A stretch of 64,000 bases of DNA from Terriglobia bacterium (GTDB lineage Bacteria > Acidobacteriota > Terriglobia > Acidiferrales > UBA7541), in assembly GCA_020073705.1 (NCBI GenBank), contig JAIQES010000010.1, positions 20,166 to 84,165 on the forward strand, read 5' to 3'. Below, one piece after another: positions 1-10,838 of the stretch (the stretch's first letter is position 1; every line of letters starts with the position of its first letter). A program made the position numbers and the translations under genes. The notes below the pieces were generated by a model. It searched no databases, was not told the origin of the DNA, and was given only the letters and a program-made list of their open reading frames with translations.

Positions 1-1116
1 GTAGAGCTTCTCCTGTGCCAGCTGGTTTTTCAGTTCCGCGATCTCCTGAAACGCGAGGGCGTTTTCGACCGCGATAGCCACCTGCCCGGCCACCTGGACG
101 AGCAGGTCTACGTCGCCTTGCTGGAACGCGGCGTCGCGCAGACTTGCAAGGCTCAGCGTGCCCAACACGCGATCGTGTGTGATCAACGGCATGCAGACCG
201 CCGAACGCACGCCTTCGGCCTGGAGCAGTCGCGAGGTCGGTGAATCGAATCCCCCTATGGCGGCGTGGTTCAGGACGAGCGGCTGGCGGCTGCGAAAGGC
301 GCTGCCCGCGATCGAGCCATCGACCGGAACGAGCATTTCTTCGTGGATCAGCCCCTTCCCCTGAGGAAAATCGAGCGCCAGCACGCGCATCCGATTCGTC
401 GACTCCTCGAACAGCGCGAGGCTCGTGTATTCATGGTGAATCACGCGGCGCAGGGAGGCGGAAATTGCACTGAACAGAGCGCGCAGGTCGAGCTTCGAAA
501 CCATGGCGTTGTTGACTTCCAGCAACACGCGCAACCGGTCGCGCTCCTGCGCCAATTGCCGCTGGTAAGCCTGCGCGCGCGCGAAGTTGAGCGCGTTGTC
601 CACGGCTACGGCGACTTGCCGCGCCACCTGCTGCATAAATGCGATTTCGCTTGCGCCGTATTCGTGGGCCGTGCCCCGGCCGAAACTCAATACGCCCAGG
701 CGGCGCTGCGCCGTGGTCAGCGGAACCGAGCAGACGGACCTCACGCCGTTTTCCCGCAGCATCTCCATCAACGCCGGGAATCGCGTTTCCTGCTCCCGGT
801 CGGCCAGCGCGTACGGCTGTTGTGTTTCCCAGACCCATCCCGCCGGCGTCTCTCCGACCGGGAATTCGCTTCCGGGGCGGAATTTGCTTGGTTTTTCGGT
901 TTCGAGGATGCGCAGCCGCATGACGTTACCTGACGGGTCATGCAGGATCAGGCTCAGGAAATCAAACTCCACCACGCCGTGCAGGCGCGCTGCTAGGTCA
1001 TGAAACAATTCCTCCAGATCGTGGTGCTGGGAAATGGCTTCCGCCACATCGAGAAGCGCCTGGTGCTGCGCTTCTGGAGAAACGGGGGCTAACGGACGGG
1101 TAGGTGCATCGCTCAT
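1..1116 (-). CDS. sigma-54-dependent transcriptional activator, N-terminal part with tandem GAF domains (3' end outside window)
   Basis: Absent from the ORF track because it runs off the window edge. My minus-strand translation from ATG 1116..1114 reads MSDAPTRPLAPVSPEAQHQALLDVAEAISQHHDLEELFHDLAARLHGVVEFDFLSLILHD... It shows two GAF-like modules and ends ...AFQEIAELKNQLAQEKLY at base 1, a linker typical of FhlA-type GAF-GAF-AAA+ activators. Confidence 0.65.
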   Translation of the reverse strand, partial: MSDAPTRPLAPVSPEAQHQALLDVAEAISQHHDLEELFHDLAARLHGVVEFDFLSLILHDPSGNVMRLRILETEKPSKFRPGSEFPVGETPAGWVWETQQPYALADREQETRFPALMEMLRENGVRSVCSVPLTTAQRRLGVLSFGRGTAHEYGASEIAFMQQVARQVAVAVDNALNFARAQAYQRQLAQERDRLRVLLEVNNAMVSKLDLRALFSAISASLRRVIHHEYTSLALFEESTNRMRVLALDFPQGKGLIHEEMLVPVDGSIAGSAFRSRQPLVLNHAAIGGFDSPTSRLLQAEGVRSAVCMPLITHDRVLGTLSLASLRDAAFQQGDVDLLVQVAGQVAIAVENALAFQEIAELKNQLAQEKLY

Positions 1117-1457
1117 ACTGTGGAGAATACACCCCGGTTTACCGGGGCTCAACCCAGCTGGAAACTGGAATAATTGCCAATCGTCGTGTCTTGTGTCCGA
1201 ATACCCTGCGGCAGGAAGGCGTCACTTCGGGAGGTTGGCCGGATTGCGCACGATCGCAAAAAGTTTTTGTATCTCTTCGCGGTAGGGCGTAAGGAATTCC
1301 TGGTTTGCGGCGTTAACGTCGCTCAAGCGCTTCTCAAGAGGTGTCGGCGCGTGGTCCGGGGCCGGCGCCGCGCGTCAATCCAATGAGAGCCAATGAGGGC
1401 CGATTGAGGGCCGAAATGTTTCGAACACACCGAAGATGCGAAAATCGAAAAAATGAA

Positions 1458-1507
1458 TTGACAGACACCGGAAATCTTACGCATAATTATGCAGTTAGGT
1501 GTATAAT
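1458..1507 (+). promoter_or_regulatory. candidate argR-operon promoter with ARG-box-like palindrome
   Basis: TTGACA at 1458..1463, an 18-nt spacer, then CATAAT at 1482..1487. A second TATAAT sits at 1502..1507. A perfect 12-bp palindrome GCATAATTATGC (1481..1492) overlaps the -10 region, 27 nt upstream of the argR start. AT-rich palindromes of this kind resemble ArgR/AhrC operators. Confidence 0.4.
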
Positions 1508-1518
1508 CCTGACCGCAT

Positions 1519-1974
1519 ATGGGACTGAACGCGCAAAAACGGTTCCGGCAAGGACAGATCCTGAAACTCATCACGAGCGAGCCGATCTCGAGCCAGGATG
1601 AGCTGCGGCGGCGCCTGTCACACGTGAAGGTTCGCGTGACGCAGGCGACGCTTTCACGGGACATGTCCGAGCTCAAGCTGGTGAAGACCGCGGCGGGCTA
1701 CAAGCCGCTGTCGAACGGCGACGAAGCCGCGGCGCCTCTGCCGCCGCTCGGCCGCGCCCTGCGCGAATTTCTGGTAGACCTGCGCCCCGCCTTCAATATG
1801 CTGGTGCTGAAGACGCCACCCTCGGGCGCGCAGCCGCTCGCCGCGGCGCTCGACGCCGAAAAGTTCAAGGAAGTGGCTGGCACGATCGCCGGGGACGACA
1901 CGATTCTGGTCATCACGCCCTCGCGCCAGGCGCGCGCTATTGTCCAGAAGCGCATGGAGGATCTGCTCCGATGA
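1519..1974 (+). CDS. argR: arginine repressor ArgR
   Basis: 151 aa. Winged-helix motif TQATLSRDMSELKLVK and C-terminal GTIAGDDTILV oligomerisation/arginine-binding motif. It is the first gene of the arg operon. Confidence 0.9.
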   Translation: MGLNAQKRFRQGQILKLITSEPISSQDELRRRLSHVKVRVTQATLSRDMSELKLVKTAAGYKPLSNGDEAAAPLPPLGRALREFLVDLRPAFNMLVLKTPPSGAQPLAAALDAEKFKEVAGTIAGDDTILVITPSRQARAIVQKRMEDLLR

Positions 1975-3005
1975 ACGACCCGCAACGGGTCGCCGTAGTC
2001 GGAGCGACGGGCTATGCAGGTTTCGAGCTGGCCCAGCTTCTCCTTCGGCACCCGAAAATTCAGAAACCAATCTTTTATCTGCGCGAGAGTTCGGCGCAAG
2101 TAAAGTGTTTGACCGAGATTTTTCCGCGTCTGCGCGGCTGGGGGGAAGCGCCCTGCAGTGCTTTCTCGGTCGACGCTGTGGCTGCGAGCGGCGCAGGCAC
2201 GGTGTTTCTTGCGACGCCGCATGAAGCGTCGCTCGAGCTGGTGCCGCAACTTTTGAACGCGGGCCTGCGCATCGTGGACCTGAGCGGGGCGTTTCGCTTC
2301 CGCGATCCGGAAACATTCGCGCAGTGGTACAAATTGCCGGCGCCGCCGCGCGAGCTGGCGGAGGAAGCCGTCTATGGCCTGCCGGAGCTGTACGCCGGTC
2401 AGTTGCCGGGCGCGCGGCTGGTCGCCAATCCGGGCTGCTATCCGACGAGCGTGATTCTCGGCTTGCGGCCGCTGGTGGAGTCCGGCTGGATCGCGCGAGA
2501 GCGCGGCATCGTCTGTGATTGCAAGTCCGGCGCATCGGGCGCGGGCAAGGAGCTGAAGCGCGAACTGCACTTTGTCGAGGTGGACGAAAACCTGCGCGCT
2601 TACTCGCTATTCTCGCACCGGCACACGCCGGAAGTGACCGATCACACAGGCATCGGCGGCAACGACATCATCTTTACGACGCATCTGCTGCCGGTCTCAC
2701 GCGGCATTCTTTCGACGCTATACGTGTGGCTCGCAGAACCGCACACGGCTGCGGATATCGAGGCGCTGTTTCGCCAGTTCTTTGCGGGGCATCCGATGGT
2801 GCGCATCTGGCCGGCCGGGAAGCTGCCGGAGCTGCAGCACGTGGCCTACACCAATTTCTGCGACATCGGTTTTGCGCTCGATGCCGGGGGGCGGCGCCTC
2901 GCGGTGGTGAGCTGTCTCGACAATCTTGGCAAGGGCGCCGCGGGCCAGGCCGTGCAGAACATGAACGCGATGCTGGGCATCGAGGAGGCCACAGGACTCA
3001 GATGA
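1971..3005 (+). CDS. argC: N-acetyl-gamma-glutamyl-phosphate reductase
   Basis: 344 aa. N-terminal VAVVGATGYAG Rossmann motif and NPGCYPTS active-site Cys motif. Its ATGA overlaps the argR stop. Confidence 0.95.
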   Translation: MNDPQRVAVVGATGYAGFELAQLLLRHPKIQKPIFYLRESSAQVKCLTEIFPRLRGWGEAPCSAFSVDAVAASGAGTVFLATPHEASLELVPQLLNAGLRIVDLSGAFRFRDPETFAQWYKLPAPPRELAEEAVYGLPELYAGQLPGARLVANPGCYPTSVILGLRPLVESGWIARERGIVCDCKSGASGAGKELKRELHFVEVDENLRAYSLFSHRHTPEVTDHTGIGGNDIIFTTHLLPVSRGILSTLYVWLAEPHTAADIEALFRQFFAGHPMVRIWPAGKLPELQHVAYTNFCDIGFALDAGGRRLAVVSCLDNLGKGAAGQAVQNMNAMLGIEEATGLR

Positions 3006-3820
3006 GAATGGTCGTTAAAGTTGCCGGAGCATTGCTCGATGACACGCCGGCGTTGGAAACGCTGGCGCGTCAGGTGGCGCAACTCGCTCACCAGGGCCAC
3101 GAAATTTTGGTGGTGCATGGCGGCGGAAAGATTTTTACCGCTACGCTCAAGCGCATGAATATTGAGAGCCGGTTCGTCGGCGGACTGCGCGTTACAGACC
3201 GCGAAACACGCGATGTCGCGGTGATGGTTCTGGGCGGCCTGCTCAACAAGCGCCTGGCCGGAGTAATTTCGGCGGCGGGACAGCCCGCGGTGGGCATCTG
3301 CGCCTCCGATTCCGGATGCTTTCTGGCCGAGCCGATGATGCACGATGAAGTCGCCGGCGCTTTGGGGTTCGTGGGATATTTGACCGGCGCGAATCTGGAG
3401 TTTATCGAGTCGTTCTGGAAAGCGGGTATTGTGCCAGTGGCATCGTGCCTGGGTCTTGGCCCTGACGGGGAGCTCTACAACATCAACGCCGACCACATGG
3501 CCGCCGCGTGCGCGGAATATATTCATGCTGACCGGCTGATCTATCTCACCGACGTCGCCGGCGTGCTCGACGGCACGAAAGTGCTCAAAGTCGTCTCGAC
3601 CGGCGATGCCGAGGACCTGATCCGCCAGAATAAAGCTTCCGGCGGGATGATTCTGAAGCTCGAAGCGTGCAAGCGCGCGCTCTCTGCCGGTGTCGCGGAG
3701 GTGCGCATTGTCGGTGGCTCGGTGCCCAAGGGGCTGCTGGCTGCGGCAAACGGCACGCGGTTTCCCGGCACGCGCGTCACGTCGGAGTTCCCCGCAAGCG
3801 CCGCAGGAGTGGCGCGTTGA
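3002..3820 (+). CDS. argB: acetylglutamate kinase
   Basis: In-frame ATG at 3002 inside ORF 2519..3820, giving MRMVVKVAGALLDD...LVVHGGGK. This is the amino-acid kinase fold. Its ATGA overlaps the argC stop. The part of the track ORF upstream of 3002 is antisense/overlap noise. Confidence 0.9.
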   Translation: MRMVVKVAGALLDDTPALETLARQVAQLAHQGHEILVVHGGGKIFTATLKRMNIESRFVGGLRVTDRETRDVAVMVLGGLLNKRLAGVISAAGQPAVGICASDSGCFLAEPMMHDEVAGALGFVGYLTGANLEFIESFWKAGIVPVASCLGLGPDGELYNINADHMAAACAEYIHADRLIYLTDVAGVLDGTKVLKVVSTGDAEDLIRQNKASGGMILKLEACKRALSAGVAEVRIVGGSVPKGLLAAANGTRFPGTRVTSEFPASAAGVAR

Positions 3821-5127
3821 AATCGAAAGGCAAAAAATCGCAGAAGGGCGCCGCTTCCGCCGGCGCCGCGCCGAATTCCATCCTCCGGGACGCCTCGCGC
3901 CACTTGATGAACACCTACAAGCGGTCCGGCATTATTTTCACGCATGGGCGGGGCTGCTGCGTATTCGATCAAGACGGGAAAAAGTATCTGGATTTTTTGG
4001 GCGGGATTGCCGTGAATGCGCTGGGATATTCGTATCCAAACCTGGTGCGCGCCATCCGGCGCGAGGCTGGGCGCGCAGTTCACGTCTCGAATCTGTTCCA
4101 CCATCCATTCCAGGGGCCGCTCGCAGCGAAGCTCGCAAAATGGTCGCGCATGGATCGCGCATTCTTCACGAACAGCGGTTCCGAGGCGGTCGAAGGCGCG
4201 CTGAAGCTGGCGCGCATCGCGGCGCACCGGAAACCTGGCGGTGAAGGAAAGACGCGCTTCCTGGCGCTCGAACATTCTTTTCATGGGCGCACATTCGGCG
4301 CGCTTTCGATCACCTACGAGCAGAAATACAGGGAGCCGTTCGAGCCGCTCGTGCCTGGAGCGGAATTTGTCCGCTTCAACGACACGGCCGACCTGGAAGC
4401 GAAATTCACTGGCGACATTTGTGCGATTGTCATCGAGCCGATTCAGGGCGAGGGCGGAATATTTTCCGTCAGCGACACATTTTGGAAGCGCGCCCGCGAA
4501 CTGGCAACGCGACACGGCGCCGCGCTCATCGCCGACGAAATTCAGTGCGGCTTGGGCCGCACGGGCCGCACGTTTGCGTACCAACGGCTCACGGGGCTGC
4601 CGGACATGGTCGTAGTTGCAAAGCCACTTGCGGGCGGGCTGCCGCTGGGCGCTTTCCTGGCGCGCGAGGAATTTGCCGCGGCGTTCTCGCCTGGCCTCCA
4701 CGGCTCAACGTTTGGCGGAGGCCCGCTGGTGTGCGCCACCGCACTGGCCTTCCTCGACACGGTCGAGCGGAAACACCTGCTCGCCAATGTCCGCGCGCGC
4801 GGCGCGGAGCTGCGCGCGGGTTTGAAAAAACTCGCCGCCAAGTATGATTTCATCCGTGAAGTTCGCGGGGAAGGACTGATACTGGGCTTGGACCTGGACG
4901 TCGAGGGCGCTCCGTACGTCACCGAGGCGCTGAAGCAGGGCCTGCTCATCAACTGCACGCATGAACATATCCTGCGCCTGCTGCCGCCGTTCATTCTGAC
5001 CACGCAGCAGGTGAAGGAAGGTCTTTCGATGCTCGATTCGGTCTTTGCGAAGACCGAGCGGCCCGCCAAGTTGCAGGCCGTACCCTCCACCACCGCCGCG
5101 GCCCAGGCGCTCGCGGCCGCGAGGTGA
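3817..5127 (+). CDS. argD: acetylornithine aminotransferase (class III PLP aminotransferase)
   Basis: Contains FTNSGSEAVEGALKLAR, DEIQCGLGRTG and STFGG motifs. The start is taken as TTG 3817, overlapping the argB TGA. An alternative ATG lies at 3907. The longer track ORF from 3667 overlaps argB. Confidence 0.85.
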   Translation: MKSKGKKSQKGAASAGAAPNSILRDASRHLMNTYKRSGIIFTHGRGCCVFDQDGKKYLDFLGGIAVNALGYSYPNLVRAIRREAGRAVHVSNLFHHPFQGPLAAKLAKWSRMDRAFFTNSGSEAVEGALKLARIAAHRKPGGEGKTRFLALEHSFHGRTFGALSITYEQKYREPFEPLVPGAEFVRFNDTADLEAKFTGDICAIVIEPIQGEGGIFSVSDTFWKRARELATRHGAALIADEIQCGLGRTGRTFAYQRLTGLPDMVVVAKPLAGGLPLGAFLAREEFAAAFSPGLHGSTFGGGPLVCATALAFLDTVERKHLLANVRARGAELRAGLKKLAAKYDFIREVRGEGLILGLDLDVEGAPYVTEALKQGLLINCTHEHILRLLPPFILTTQQVKEGLSMLDSVFAKTERPAKLQAVPSTTAAAQALAAAR

Positions 5128-6071
5128 ACATGAATGCGCAGGCCCCCGCTTTGAGCTTCTCCTCCAGCCTTCTGACCGGTGCGGAATGGAACGACGCGCA
5201 CGTCCGCGAGCTGTTTCATCTGGCCACGGACGTCAAAGCCCATCCGGACCGCTACCACGGCGCCCTCGCCGGCCGGTTTCTAGCGATGATTTTTGAAAAA
5301 CCGTCGCTGCGCACGCGGGTCACCTTCGAGATCGGCATTGCGAGCCTGGGTGGCACGGCCATTTTCCTCGACCACGCGAACGCGCGTTTGGGCGAGCGCG
5401 AATCGATTGCCGATGTCGGGCGGAGCCTTTCGCGCTGGGTGCAGGGGATTGTGGCGCGCGTGTTTTCGCAGGAAGCGCTCGAGACCCTGGCGGCACATGC
5501 AAGCGTTCCGGTCATCAATGCGCTCTCGGATCTCTATCATCCCTGCCAGGCGCTTGCCGATTTTTTCACGCTCGAGGAAAAGTTCGGCTCCGCGCGCGGA
5601 GTAAAGCTCGCTTACATCGGCGATGGCAACAACGTTTGCCATTCGCTGATGATCGCCGGGGCCCGCGTCGGCGCGCACGTGCGGATCGCGACGCCCGCGG
5701 GCTACGAGCCCAACGCCAAGGTCGTCGAAGCGGCGCGGCGTGATGCGGCCGCCACGCTGGGCACAATTGAATTGTTCCGCGCGCCTGAGCAAGCCGTTTC
5801 TGGCGCGCAGGCCGTGTACACCGACGTCTGGGCCAGCATGGGCCAGGAAAGCGAGGCCGAGGCGCGCGCCGCCATTTTCGCGCCCTATCAGGTCAACGCC
5901 GCGCTGATGTCCCACTCCGCGCCTGATGCTATTTTCCTCCATTGTCTTCCCGCGCATCGCGGCTCCGAAGTCACCTCCGAGGTGATGGATTCGCCGCGTT
6001 CCATCGTGTTTGAACAGACTGAGAATCGCCTGCACGTGCAGAAAGCCATTCTGTTGATGCTTCTAAGCTGA
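5124..6071 (+). CDS. argF: ornithine carbamoyltransferase
   Basis: 315 aa with [20 protein letters not shown] and [11 protein letters not shown] motifs. GTG 5124 overlaps the argD stop. An ATG at 5130 is also possible. Confidence 0.9.
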   Translation: MNMNAQAPALSFSSSLLTGAEWNDAHVRELFHLATDVKAHPDRYHGALAGRFLAMIFEKPSLRTRVTFEIGIASLGGTAIFLDHANARLGERESIADVGRSLSRWVQGIVARVFSQEALETLAAHASVPVINALSDLYHPCQALADFFTLEEKFGSARGVKLAYIGDGNNVCHSLMIAGARVGAHVRIATPAGYEPNAKVVEAARRDAAATLGTIELFRAPEQAVSGAQAVYTDVWASMGQESEAEARAAIFAPYQVNAALMSHSAPDAIFLHCLPAHRGSEVTSEVMDSPRSIVFEQTENRLHVQKAILLMLLS

Positions 6072-6082
6072 AAGGACAACCC

Positions 6083-7276
6083 GTGCCAAAGAAAGTAGTT
6101 CTCGCCTATTCAGGCGGACTTGATACATCAATTATTATTCCGTGGCTGAAGGAAACGTACAATTGCGAAGTGATCGCCATGATCGGCGACGTCGGCCAGC
6201 AGGAGGATCTGAAAGCCGCCAAGCGCAAGGCGCTCGCGACCGGCGCCTCCTCGGCGACCATCGAAGACCTGCGCGAAGAGTTCCTGACCAACTACATCTG
6301 GCCGACCCTGCGCGCGGGCGCGGTGTATGAACACAAGTACCTGCTCGGCACTTCGATGGCACGGCCCGTTCTGGCCAAGCGCCAGGCGGAAATCGCGCTT
6401 AAAACCGGAGCCGACGCGGTGTCGCACGGCTGCACCGGCAAGGGCAATGACCAGGTACGGTTCGAGCTGGCTTACAAAGCGATCGCGCCGGGCGTGAAGA
6501 TCATCGCGCCGTGGCGTGAATGGACCATCAATTCGCGCGAGGACGCCATCAACTACGCGCGTGCACACAACGTGCCCATCGAGCAGACCAAAGCGAACAT
6601 TTACTCGCGCGACCGCAACATTTGGCACCTGAGCCATGAGGGCAGCGTGCTCGAAGACCCCGCCGACGCGCCCGAAGAGACGATGTGGCAGTGGATCGTC
6701 TCGCCGGAGAAAGCGCCGAATAAGCCCGTTGAAGTCGAGATCGGTTTCGAGGCAGGCACACCGGTTTCGGTCAACGGCAAGAAACGTCCTGCCGTGGCGC
6801 TGCTCGAGGAACTGAATAAGATCGCGGCGGCGCACGGCGTCGGACGGATCGATCTGGTCGAGAACCGCCTGGTGGGCATCAAGTCGCGCGGCGCGTACGA
6901 GACGCCTGGCGGCACGCTGCTGGTAACGGCGCATCGCGAGCTCGAAACGCTGTGTCTGGACCGCGAGACGGCGCACTACTCGGAAGTTCTCGCGTTGCGG
7001 TACGCCGAACTGGTCTATTACGGATTGTGGTTCACGCCGCAGCGCGAAGCGCTCGATGCCTATTTCACGGCCGCGCAGCGGCGCGTCACCGGCGCCGTCG
7101 GCCTGAAGCTCTACAAGGGCAACGTCACGGTTACCAAGCGCACTTCACCGTATTCGCTCTACCGCAAGGGACTGGCGAGCTTCGCCATGACCGGTTACAA
7201 CCCGAAGGACGCCGAGGGCTTCATCAATCTATTCGCGCTGCCGGTGACGATCCCGGAGGGAGCAAAAGTACGGTGA
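6083..7276 (+). CDS. argG: argininosuccinate synthase
   Basis: 397 aa with the [11 protein letters not shown]-loop and the [13 protein letters not shown] motif. Confidence 0.95.
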   Translation: MPKKVVLAYSGGLDTSIIIPWLKETYNCEVIAMIGDVGQQEDLKAAKRKALATGASSATIEDLREEFLTNYIWPTLRAGAVYEHKYLLGTSMARPVLAKRQAEIALKTGADAVSHGCTGKGNDQVRFELAYKAIAPGVKIIAPWREWTINSREDAINYARAHNVPIEQTKANIYSRDRNIWHLSHEGSVLEDPADAPEETMWQWIVSPEKAPNKPVEVEIGFEAGTPVSVNGKKRPAVALLEELNKIAAAHGVGRIDLVENRLVGIKSRGAYETPGGTLLVTAHRELETLCLDRETAHYSEVLALRYAELVYYGLWFTPQREALDAYFTAAQRRVTGAVGLKLYKGNVTVTKRTSPYSLYRKGLASFAMTGYNPKDAEGFINLFALPVTIPEGAKVR

Positions 7277-8694
7277 GTGCTGCACCCAAGGAGCAGCCCG
7301 CAGGTAAATTGTGGGGCGGGCGGTTTGACCGCGCACCCGACGAGCTGTTCTACCAGTTTCAGCGGTCGTTCGCATTCGACCGCCGCCTGCTGCCGTATGA
7401 GCTGGCCGTGGATCGTGTGTGGGCGCACGCGCTCGAATCGGCGGGCATTCTCACAATCGAGGAAATGCGCGATACCCTCACCACGCTTGACAAAATTGCC
7501 GAGCGCGCAACGAGCGACCCCGCGTGGCTTGATATCTCACCCGCCGAAGACGTGCACCATTTCGTGGAAACCGCTCTGGTGGAATATCTCGGCCCGCTCG
7601 GCTTCAAGCTCCATACGGGCCGCAGCCGCAATGAGCTGGTGGCCACCGACTTCCGCATGTTCGTAAAAGAGGCCGCGCACGAAATGCTCGCAGCAGTAGC
7701 GCGATTGATTTCCGCGCTGGTCGGGCAGGCAGAACGCGCGCTCGGGATCCCCATGCCCGGCATGACGCACATGCAGCACGCGCAGCCGATCCTATTTTCG
7801 CATTTTCTTCTCGCGCATGCCGAGGCGTTTTTCCGCGATACGGTCCGCCTCGATGCAGCGGCCGCAACGGCGGATGCTTGCCCGATGGGCTCGGGCGCGC
7901 TGGCCGGTTGCGCGCTCGATGTCGATCGCGGCGCCATCGCGCGCGAGCTGGGTTTTGCGCGTCCCACGGCAAACAGCCTCGACGCCGCAAGCGACCGTGA
8001 CTTCGCACTCGATTACCTCTACGCGCTGGCCGTGATCGCGACGCATCTTTCGCGCCTGTCCGAGGATTTTGTGTTGTTCGCTTCGCAGGAATTCGGCTTC
8101 ATCGTGCTGCCCGATGAGTTTTCGACCGGCAGCAGCCTGATGCCGCAGAAAAAAAACCCCGACGCCTGGGAGTTGCTCCGCGGCAAGACGGGACGCGTCA
8201 CCGCGTCATTGCACACGCTGCTGGCGACGCTCAAGGGGCTGCCCTCGAGCTACCAGCGCGACCTGCAGGAAGACAAGGAGCCGGTGTTCGCCGCGCACGA
8301 CCAGGCCGTCGCCATGCTGGCCGTCGCCGCGGGCGCAGTCGCCGCAACGCGCCCCAACGAAGCGCGCATGCGCGAGGCGGCGTCCGATCCGGCTCTGCTC
8401 GCCACCGAAGCTGCGCATTACCTGGTTCGCCGCGGCGCACCGTTCCGCCATGCGCATGAAATCGTCGGGCAGATCGTTCGCGAGGCCGAGCGCCTCGGGA
8501 AACCCTTCTCCGCACTGCCGCTTGAAACGTTGTGTAAATTCTCGCCGCTGTTTGCGGCCGACTTTTACGGCGCGCTGAACCTCGATGCCGCGCTCGCCGG
8601 GCCCGACGTCGCCGGCGGCACCGCGCCCGGGCGCGTCCGCGAAGCTGTAATGGCCGCGAAGCAGCGCCTTGCCGCTCTCCAGGTGAAGCCATGA
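7273..8694 (+). CDS. argH: argininosuccinate lyase
   Basis: GTG at 7273 overlaps the argG TGA and gives [18 protein letters not shown]... The fumarate-lyase signature [12 protein letters not shown] is present. The track ORF from 6952 overlaps argG. Confidence 0.95.
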   Translation: MSAAPKEQPAGKLWGGRFDRAPDELFYQFQRSFAFDRRLLPYELAVDRVWAHALESAGILTIEEMRDTLTTLDKIAERATSDPAWLDISPAEDVHHFVETALVEYLGPLGFKLHTGRSRNELVATDFRMFVKEAAHEMLAAVARLISALVGQAERALGIPMPGMTHMQHAQPILFSHFLLAHAEAFFRDTVRLDAAAATADACPMGSGALAGCALDVDRGAIARELGFARPTANSLDAASDRDFALDYLYALAVIATHLSRLSEDFVLFASQEFGFIVLPDEFSTGSSLMPQKKNPDAWELLRGKTGRVTASLHTLLATLKGLPSSYQRDLQEDKEPVFAAHDQAVAMLAVAAGAVAATRPNEARMREAASDPALLATEAAHYLVRRGAPFRHAHEIVGQIVREAERLGKPFSALPLETLCKFSPLFAADFYGALNLDAALAGPDVAGGTAPGRVREAVMAAKQRLAALQVKP

Positions 8695-9221
8695 GGGCCC
8701 GCGCCGCCCGCACCGCCGATGCTGCCGCCGTGCATCGTGTGATCGCGCACTACGCCGGCGAGGGCGTGCTGCTCCCGCGCACCGAAGCCGAAATCCGCAA
8801 GCACATTGGGCGCTTCCTCGTGGCCGTGGAAAAACGCAATGGGGAAGAAAAGCTGCTCGGCTGCGTGGGGCTCGAACCCTACGGCGCCGATCTCGCGGAA
8901 ATCCGTTCGCTCGCGGTCGCGCCGGAAGCGCGCGGCCATAGCCACAGCGTCGGCGACTGCCTGATGAAGGCGGCGATCGACACGGCGCGCCGCCGCAAGA
9001 TCGCGCGCATGTTTGCTGTGACGCACCGGCCGGATTTTTTTTCTCGCTATGGTTTCACGCCCGGTCCGCGGCAGATGGTGCCCGAAAAAATCGAGCGCGA
9101 CTGCGCCACTTGTCCCAAGGAGCATCGCTGCACCCTGGTCGCCACGGTCGCCGTGATATGTCCCGAACGCGACGTGCTGCCTGCCGTGAACGGCGCGGGG
9201 AAGGCTCTTTCCGTCCTGTGA
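8691..9221 (+). CDS. GNAT family N-acetyltransferase, short N-acetylglutamate-synthase-like
   Basis: 176 aa with a GNAT core (LAEIRSLAVAPEARGHSHSVGDCLM) and a C-terminal Cys-containing tail (DCATCPKEHRC). It lies between argH and argJ, and its ATGA overlaps the argH stop. Confidence 0.7.
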   Translation: MRARAARTADAAAVHRVIAHYAGEGVLLPRTEAEIRKHIGRFLVAVEKRNGEEKLLGCVGLEPYGADLAEIRSLAVAPEARGHSHSVGDCLMKAAIDTARRRKIARMFAVTHRPDFFSRYGFTPGPRQMVPEKIERDCATCPKEHRCTLVATVAVICPERDVLPAVNGAGKALSVL

Positions 9222-9228
9222 GTTTACT

Positions 9229-10473
9229 ATGAGCGAAATCCTGTCGTCCCGCGTGCTGCCGCGCGGTTTTCGTTTTGCCGCGACGTCCTGCGGCCTCAAG
9301 AAGCGCGTCCACCACGGTTCGCTCGACCTTGCGCTAATTGTTTCGGATGCGCCGGCGTCGGCCGCGGCCGTGTTCACGCAAAATCTGGTGCAGGCGCCGC
9401 CGGTGGTTCTTTCACGCGCGCATGTGCGATCGTCCGCGGACGCGATGCGCGCGGTCATCGTCAATTCCGGCAACGCGAATTGCTCGACCGGTCCCGGCGG
9501 CATGGCCGCTTCGCGCGCCACGGCGCAGTGTGTTGCGAAGACACTTGGCTGCCGCGCGCAGCAGGTGGTGGTGTGCTCGACAGGAGTGATCGGCGTGCCG
9601 TTGCCTGTCGAGCGCATCTTGAAAGCTGCTCCGGGCTTGGCCGGGGCGCTCGAATCCTCGCCGCGCGCCTTCGACGGCCTTACGCGCGCCATCATGACCA
9701 CCGATACGCGCCCGAAGCGGGCCGCCGCAAGCTGCCGCATCGGCGGGCGCACCGTGCGCGTGGCCGGTTGCGCCAAGGGCGCCGGGATGATTCATCCGAA
9801 CATGGCGACGATGCTCTCGTTTGTCATCACCGACGCGGCCGTCGCCCCTGGTGTGCTCGATCGCACGCTGCGTCAGGTCGTCGGGCGCACGTTCAACTGC
9901 ATTTCCGTCGACGGCGACACTTCCACCAACGACACGCTGCTCGTGCTGGCGAATGGCGCTTCAGGCGCGAGCAAAATTGCGCGCGCGGGCGGCGGCGACT
10001 ACGCGAAATTTGTCGCCGCGCTCGAACAGGTTTGCAAGGCGCTTGCGCTCGGGATTGTGGCCGATGGCGAAGGCGCCACGCACCTCGTCGAAATTGAAGT
10101 GCGTGGCGCACCGAGCGACCGCGCCGCCGCGCAGGTCGCGCGCACCATTTCCGGCTCATCGCTGGTGAAGACGGCGCTCGCGGGCGCTGATCCAAACTGG
10201 GGGCGCATCCTCGCCGCCGCGGGCCGCGCGGGCGTGCCGTTTAATCCCGACCACGCGGAGATCTGGCTGGGTGGGGTCAAAATGTACGGCCCACCTGCAG
10301 GGGCGTCCTACTCCGTCGCGCTGCCGCTGGACGAACGCGCCGCGCATCGCCGCCTGCTCGAGAAGAACGTCCCGATTGTTGTGAATTTGCACCGCGGTCG
10401 CGGGACCGCGCGCGTCTGGACCTGCGATCTTACCAAGGAATACGTCCACATCAACGCCAGCTATCGTACGTGA
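9229..10473 (+). CDS. argJ: bifunctional ornithine acetyltransferase / N-acetylglutamate synthase
   Basis: 414 aa. The autoprocessing region KGAGMIHPNMATMLSFVITDA is present, and the C-terminal residues ...INASYRT are typical of ArgJ. Confidence 0.95.
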   Translation: MSEILSSRVLPRGFRFAATSCGLKKRVHHGSLDLALIVSDAPASAAAVFTQNLVQAPPVVLSRAHVRSSADAMRAVIVNSGNANCSTGPGGMAASRATAQCVAKTLGCRAQQVVVCSTGVIGVPLPVERILKAAPGLAGALESSPRAFDGLTRAIMTTDTRPKRAAASCRIGGRTVRVAGCAKGAGMIHPNMATMLSFVITDAAVAPGVLDRTLRQVVGRTFNCISVDGDTSTNDTLLVLANGASGASKIARAGGGDYAKFVAALEQVCKALALGIVADGEGATHLVEIEVRGAPSDRAAAQVARTISGSSLVKTALAGADPNWGRILAAAGRAGVPFNPDHAEIWLGGVKMYGPPAGASYSVALPLDERAAHRRLLEKNVPIVVNLHRGRGTARVWTCDLTKEYVHINASYRT

Positions 10474-10838
10474 CCATTAAATCGGCAGCAGCACGCCGTC
10501 GGCGATCAGGAACCGGCCGCCCGCGCCATCAGCGGAAAATCCATCATCAAGCCGCGCATCGGGAGATTCACTCCTTGAATGAAAGGCGAATCCTACCACC
10601 AAAATCCACCAAATTCGCGGCCCTACGCCCGATTTACATTTGTCTAATTCACAGATAGTTATGCAAACATCTTTTTGTTGACGCCTGTGCAAATTTGGAG
10701 CAAGATTCGCCTCGGAACTGAAGTGCGTCTCTCGTCGGATCAACTTGGGCCCAGGCCCTCTGCTCCCGACCTCGACTCCGCCTCTTCAGTCTCGGGTTCC
10801 GTGGGCTCCATTCCGCCACGGCCAGAAGGAGTCTCGCA

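Noticed and set aside
8565-9776. Long minus-strand ORF (403 aa) across the GNAT and argJ genes. Similar long antisense ORFs occur at 1654..2535, 1698..2570, 3541..4701, 18691..20511, 42207..42977, 53548..54540 and 59007..59948.
   Set aside because: They are Arg/Ala/Gly/Pro-rich translations lying opposite well-supported genes with clear motifs. This is typical of spurious open frames in GC-rich DNA.
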